This document shows, piece after piece, positions 37,891 through 64,000 of a stretch of 64,000 nucleotides of DNA; position 1 is the first letter of the stretch; every line of letters starts with the position of its first letter. The DNA is from Balanoglossus misakiensis (taxonomy: Eukaryota > Animalia > Hemichordata), in the NCBI GenBank assembly GCA_040954595.2, contig CM082596.2, positions 7,142,791 to 7,206,790 on the forward strand, read 5' to 3'. The translations under genes and the position numbers were made by a program. The notes below the pieces were generated by a model. It was not told the DNA's origin. It searched no databases and worked only from the letters and a program-made list of their open reading frames with translations.

Positions 37891-38242
37891 TGAAAGCCGG
37901 GGTAACTCTCACTTCTGGCCATTTTTCATCCCTTTTCTCTCTCTCTCCCATTTATCAACGCTGGTTTCTTGTTCTACTCTAGATAGCTTTATAAAATATT
38001 CGGTTTTTAGCTTCTCGACTGTTTATGAGTAACGGCCATTGTTATTGTTGACAACTGAATTCTGGTCCGGACTTGAATTCGATTTTCAACAATAACGATG
38101 CTGATTATCATAAAAGGAATGTGTTGAATAAAAACTAAATGCTGGCCAATTCTTTATGTTTTACAGGGTAGAACAAGAAACCACAGTTGAACAAAAATAC
38201 TGAGGAAAAAATAGCCCAAAGTTGGAGTTACTGGAGCTTTAA
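37891..38242. mobile_element. ~350-bp foldback/palindromic MITE
   Basis: Three nested inverted-repeat blocks: AAAGCCGGGGTAACTC / GAGTTACTGGAGCTTT, TGGTTTCTTGTTCTAC / GTAGAACAAGAAACCA, and TTATTGTTGACAACTGAATTC / GAATTCGATTTTCAACAATAA. Ends are TGAA and TTAA. Confidence 0.75.
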
Positions 38243-39380
38243 ACTAATACCCAAACCACGTTTGACGGTATCTTCACTATGTAGTGACCTTACCTTAGAA
38301 CAAGTACCGATATTGCAAGGAAGCGTAGACACGTATCTGAGCTCTGTCTAACATATCCCTTCGCAGTACATGTACAGCTACAACTCGGTTTGGCCTGAAA
38401 GAAATCATTCATTCACTTAATCAGCTGTCGTATAAACGGACGGGTTCTGTGGCATTTGCCAATACGTCGCCACTAATTGCTAATTTTTGTCATATTGGAC
38501 AAACTATGCTACTGAATGCAAATGGCGGGCAAATAATGGTACTTGCATTCAGCTTGTAAGATGTGTCGTCGTCGTATATATTTCAAATGTCTGCATTCTC
38601 GAAAAATTATCTGACTCTTAATCGAAGAATGCATTATTCGTGCTGTCAATCGTAATTTTTTTTCCAACGAAGAATTCCACCAAAGAATATTGATAAAATG
38701 TTTGATAAAGTGAAGACAAAAACAGACGAAGCAACCAACAAAAATAATAATTTATACTTTGTTTTAAACGGCCAAGCGCGACAACGCGATTAGTTCAATG
38801 TAAAACTTCAACAATTTCGTGTCGATCAATGGTGCTCGTTCGTGTGGCGAAATGTAGGATGCGACGCGTAAGCTTAGAATGTTTTCCGAGTTTCCGAGTT
38901 CAACAAAGTTTCGCGTATAAAAAATATCCCAATTCTCTGTACTGTCCTCTTCCAACAAAAACTGTCACGATTTTCTCGAGCTCGACTGAAGAAAAGTGAT
39001 TTAAAGCCAACTTGGTTTTGTGGGGAGAGGAGACGTCATATTGCAATTTTCTTACAATCACGTGCATCAACGTAATGAAGTGCAACCGTGTCGACCATAA
39101 ATTACCAAGATATCCCTGTTTTAATTTAGCGCCTAATGAACCATCTTCTAAATTACTACCGTGCAGTTGTTTTGACCATGCGTGTACAAGAGATACACGG
39201 GACTGGAGGATCTCGTCGGAGTGTTTTCTCGGCCAGTCGGGGCAACGCGATGGAGAGCTCAATGTTTTACGACAAATCGCGTGTGTCTGCGTTGCACACA
39301 TCAATTGACATACTGGGGCACTTTTCAAAAACCCCTGCGCACCACCGCCCTTTCGCGCCGCGACAATGGGAATTCTTAGA

Positions 39381-39385
<5 letters not shown>

Positions 39386-39411
<26 letters not shown>
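39386..39411. repeat. (CA)n microsatellite
   Basis: Directly visible. Confidence 0.95.
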
Positions 39412-40443
39412 AGTTTGAGAGATGACATTGCCACGCATTCTCCGGCGTTGCCGATTAAATGGACTGGAAAGACGCAAGAAGCCCAGTGTTTGTTTTACAA
39501 CAGAGCAATTCTTGCCTGATAAGAAGTTGACACGGGTGACAGCGCTCATTTGTTCGGGCCATGTTCTGCCATTTGATGCGGTGGCATTCTGACAACTCGG
39601 CAAGACACGGACGGGCCCCGGCAAACTAGCTTGATTTGCAAATAAGCACAAATAGTCCGAGCCGGTAGAAATATTGCGAATCACAAGCTATTGCTAATGG
39701 GACAACTGCTTCACAATACGGCCCCTTTGCCGAGCCAAATTAGCTAAATATGCCGAGATAATAAATATAAGCGATGGGAGCAAAAGTCAAGCGACTACTC
39801 GTTAGCGTAAATAAGATCTGTATTGCGGCTAATTTGCCGGGCGCAGACAGCCAGTCCGCGGCGAAATGGCATTTTCTAATTTGACTAGATTTATTAATAG
39901 TTGCCAAGGTGGATCGGGATGTGCTTTTTCCATGAGTGCTTTTAGGACGATCCTCCCCGTATCTCGTTACATGTCACATTCCAATCGCGAAGCATGCCGC
40001 TATTCTCACGTTTGCGCCGCTCCCTTCCCGGCGACGTTGTTTCGTTAAATTAGATTAATTTCGTCTCCAGACTCGGATGAAATTCGAGTAAGCCCCAACC
40101 AAACATGGTCGACGCGCGCATGCAGCACACACGCGAAAAAAAAGACAAAGCGATCCGAGAAAACTTTTTTCACGTTTACCGTGCATGGAGGGATTGATAA
40201 GTTCAATATGGAATCTCCACGGCAACGATCAAGAGGAAGGATGCGGAACATTGTATTCTTACCATGGTTTCACGGTGACTAACAAGATGTAGTCTGCCAC
40301 GGGCGAAACGGTGACCTAAACTAACTTGAACAACACTGAAGTCACCAGTTCCATACACACTGTCACACGCACAAATAATTTCGTTGCATTCCCTTGAAAT
40401 AGGTTATTGAGGACGAGAGTTATTTTATTGTACTGGGAAACGT

Positions 40444-40775
40444 TTAAAGCCCCAATTTTTAAATTATTTTCATGATTTTACTTTACGACTTAGAATAGCC
40501 TATTTAAATAAGTTAACTGGTATAGGTATACACAAACATAGTATCAACCCGTGATTGTGGTTGTACATCTAAACATGGACAAGTTAAATAATAAGCAGGT
40601 GCCGCACCCGTTTATTTATCTGCCCATCATTGCATGAGTTCACGTGATATGCGCATATGGGTATTAGAATATCCATAAATTCGAAATATTGCCATTTGTC
40701 GAATTGGGATAAGAAGAAGATTGCAGAATGTTGTCGATTGAAATATAGTAAAAGTAGCAGCTACTGGGGCTTTAA
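40444..40775. mobile_element. TTAA-flanked MITE (AGCCCCA termini)
   Basis: TTAA|AGCCCCA ... TGGGGCT|TTAA; short TIR only. Confidence 0.55.
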
Positions 40776-43429
40776 CAATTAACGCGCCGGGAAGACGCGA
40801 TGGTTGTTGCTACATAAAATATGTTGTCATAGCTGTATATATACGTTCCATCGAATCCAACTTAAGTTCAGTCCTTCTGCAAGTTTGTGAGCTAGAATTT
40901 TCCTTTGTCTGGGAGAAGAAGAAAAAAAAAACATTTTAAAATCGCGTCACTGCAGATTCTAAAGACTTGGCGCATGTTGGTAGGTTGTTTCACTAATTGT
41001 CCCGTAACGCCCCCCTTTTTTAATAACGTGAATGCTGTGCAGGGCACAATGCTGGTATCTCCAGGACCTAAAGGGCTTTCTGCGTTCCGAAAAGAACTCG
41101 TGATTATGTGCATGCGCGCTGATTCAACCCCGCGGTACGAAATGCGACTTACCGGTAAACGCGCGGTATTTTTTTTTTGAGCGCAGAATTCACGAAGCGC
41201 AATAAGTAACAGAAAAGAAGTCCTGTGCGCCGATTTCTCTCTCTATATCGGCAGTCTAACTTTGTTAACCCGAAAGGCGAAATCGGAGCTTCTATACTAA
41301 TAAACACATTATTGGATATTTTAACAAATTGTTTTCCAAATGGAGTTACCTATAAGCTTTAGCCGAGCGACAGCAGCAGAAGGTCTGCCGTATCCGGTGT
41401 TGTCGTTAGAGCAACATTTTTTTTCTGTAAAACGAAGATACCGTCATCCAAATTGGTTTACTGGTAAATAAACGCACCCGTAGAGGCTGTTATACGCTCA
41501 CATAAACTCGATGAGATGATGCAGTCACACGGAGTCTAATCGTTTTAACGTGATACACCCTATCTAACTGTGTTTACTGCATCTAATCATGGCCCCGGCC
41601 CAGTCGCCATTAGCTCGTTTGTTTCTCCGAAGCAGAAAACCGATCATAGTTTTAAAGCTAAAATGTGGGAGATTATAGAAAAATGGCAATTGACACAAAA
41701 ATGGTTAAGTTTAAACTTCATAATCAAACTCAAGTTATCGGAAGGCCCTGGGCATTCGTGTGAAAGACGGTGTACTTTCACGTGAACGCTAGATACATTA
41801 TTCGCTGGCTGATATTTCCTTGTCTTGGTGTATTACTATTATTGTCTGATAAAATGCATTATCTCGGGGGAATGCATACGGAGTGGGACAAAAATTTAAT
41901 TCGCTGGACGATTCACCCCTTCTGCGATGTCTTTGTCTGTCACATGTCGCCCCAAGTGTGGCGTTCGAGTCGTCCAAGCGAGGATTAGCTTCTATATGTT
42001 CGACGGGAGGCTGGTTGCATTGACAATCGCCGGACACACACGATGCCCTTGTTAATTAATCAACACAAAACAGTCACGCCAACAACGACGCGTTTTTTCT
42101 GGTCACAGTTTCTTTCTTTCTTTCTTTCTACCTCTCTGCGAACACACTTCAATGAACCAGCGCAGGGTATCGTCCGCAGTACACATGTTGGGGACATGAC
42201 ACCACTACGCTTGTGGTGATGTTCCGCGCAAACATTCGCTTCTGTGAAGGCGGGCAGCCGCGCCCAAAACGCTGTCCAAAAATGCGTAATTCGCACGGTG
42301 TTTGGCCGTGTACAGTGTCACCATGGGAAACGGAGGATAGTAAAACAGTGGGGATTGTGCCATGGTGACAGAGCAATAGAGAAAAACCAAAGCAATTTCG
42401 AGTGGGCTATTGTCATCGGAAATGCCCATAATAGCCACTTGTCAAGGCGCATTGTCTATTAATTACCCCTTTATTCACATCGAAAATAAGGTGGGTAAGC
42501 ACTGACCACGCAGACACACTCACCCGATTATGTCCAATCCGACAATTACACGGACAACATGTGTTCGCCTTTGTCCGGGGGCCGGTGGGCTTGCTGAGAG
42601 GACACGCCCCCTCTGAACTGGGGACATGGCGGTCGCTGGGACCAGCACTGCGCGGACGCGCTACCATTGGTCGCCGCCGCGAGTCGTAACGCGAAGCGCG
42701 AGGCGCGGAGTGATTTAGCGGAGGGGAGGGGAGAGAGATGGAGGAGGGCGGGGGCAGAAAAAAAACTGGCGAGTTTCTAAACTGATACGCGATGAATCTC
42801 ACCACCACCGCGAGCGTGAATTTCGTACAAATTCAATCAAATTAGAGTCGGTCTCCCCCCTGCTTTGAATTGTTAATTTGAAGCACATGGCAAGATTATT
42901 AAATTTCATAAAGATTAAAATACGATACGACGGGAGTTACTTTCAAACTCCACAGTTTTTCTCGATCGAGGAATTATTCTTCCTATCAGTCCGGTAGAAT
43001 AACAATCATTACTGGTTTCGTAAATTGCAGGATTTACTCTCGATGACTGAGAAACGAAATACGATATTAGGCCTATCTTCGTTGTAATAGCAACAAGTTT
43101 AAAAGCAGTCTCCCGACTTCCAAAAATATCGCATATAACGACTTCTCTTTTTTTCTGCTCGCTGAACTAAACCGATATTGTTTAATTTTCAATTAGCGAT
43201 TCCTGTTTGACAGATAGCGTACAAAAACAAACAATACCGTTATTTAAACAAGTCCATTATGGGAAATCACGCCCCCATTAAAGAGCTTGGAATCCCGGGT
43301 CTCTGCGTTAAAAGGGTGGGCTACTCGTTGGATGTATTCCACCAGAAAACGTTCACCGGGTTGATGTCTGGGGCTATAAGCGTCCGCGCGCAAGACGCCG
43401 GCGAATGAGACGCGCGCTCCTAGTGGGTG

Positions 43430-43837
43430 AGGCAGCCCAACATGACATTATGCGGGAAGCAAGGTTGACTGCGATTGGTCCAAACGTGCACGCCCGACGA
43501 CGCGGCTAATCAAAGCCGCTGCGTTGGCAGGCCCTGCCATGTCGCTTATAATTTGATTGACAGTTGGGAGCATTGATATTTCAATCAGAAGGGCGTTAAA
43601 TTGGTCGTCCGACAATGGCTAATTACAACTTAGCGAGGGTAACCAGCCCAGCCGTAACTCATGTGATCAAAACAACAGATTTAAAGACCGGGGACTGGGC
43701 AGTCGGGGGATTCTGTATAAACCGAGAGAGACTTGGTATTTTTGTGTCAGTCCTGTGTGTGGGGTAGCAAGAATCACTACACAGCTATACCGAGTCCAGA
43801 ACACTGAAGTGTGACTTTTTTTTATATTTTTTATAAC
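43430..43837 (+). promoter_or_regulatory. Candidate Vsx proximal promoter
   Basis: Immediately upstream of exon 1: inverted CCAAT (GATTGG ~43473), homeodomain sites (GGCTAATCA ~43504, GGCTAATTAC ~43617) and TATA-like TATAAA at ~43716. Confidence 0.4.

Positions 43838-64000
<20,163 letters not shown>

Overview
Eukaryotic genomic DNA from an invertebrate bilaterian animal (AT-rich GT-AG introns, marine-invertebrate-style MITEs; species not determinable from sequence alone). The first ~24 kb holds four compact housekeeping genes: GTPBP2 (minus, 12 coding exons), lamin B receptor LBR (plus, 12 coding exons, head-to-head with GTPBP2), an intronless p23/PTGES3 (minus) and XRCC3 (plus, 6 coding exons). 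A ~20 kb non-coding stretch follows, then a PRD-class Vsx/Chx10 homeobox gene with very large introns (plus, from 43838, running off the window end). All exon structures were assembled by hand, and the reading frames join with consistent phases. Non-coding DNA carries several TTAA-targeting MITE families, a multi-hairpin element, a foldback element and microsatellites. Most notable: an LBR sterol-reductase domain that has lost conserved motifs, a probably retroposed p23, an apparent CpG-poor to CpG-rich switch near 24.5 kb, and a MITE copy with a non-canonical TGAA target duplication. I found no convincing wholly new protein-coding system; almost all listed ORFs beyond 24 kb, other than Vsx exons, look spurious.
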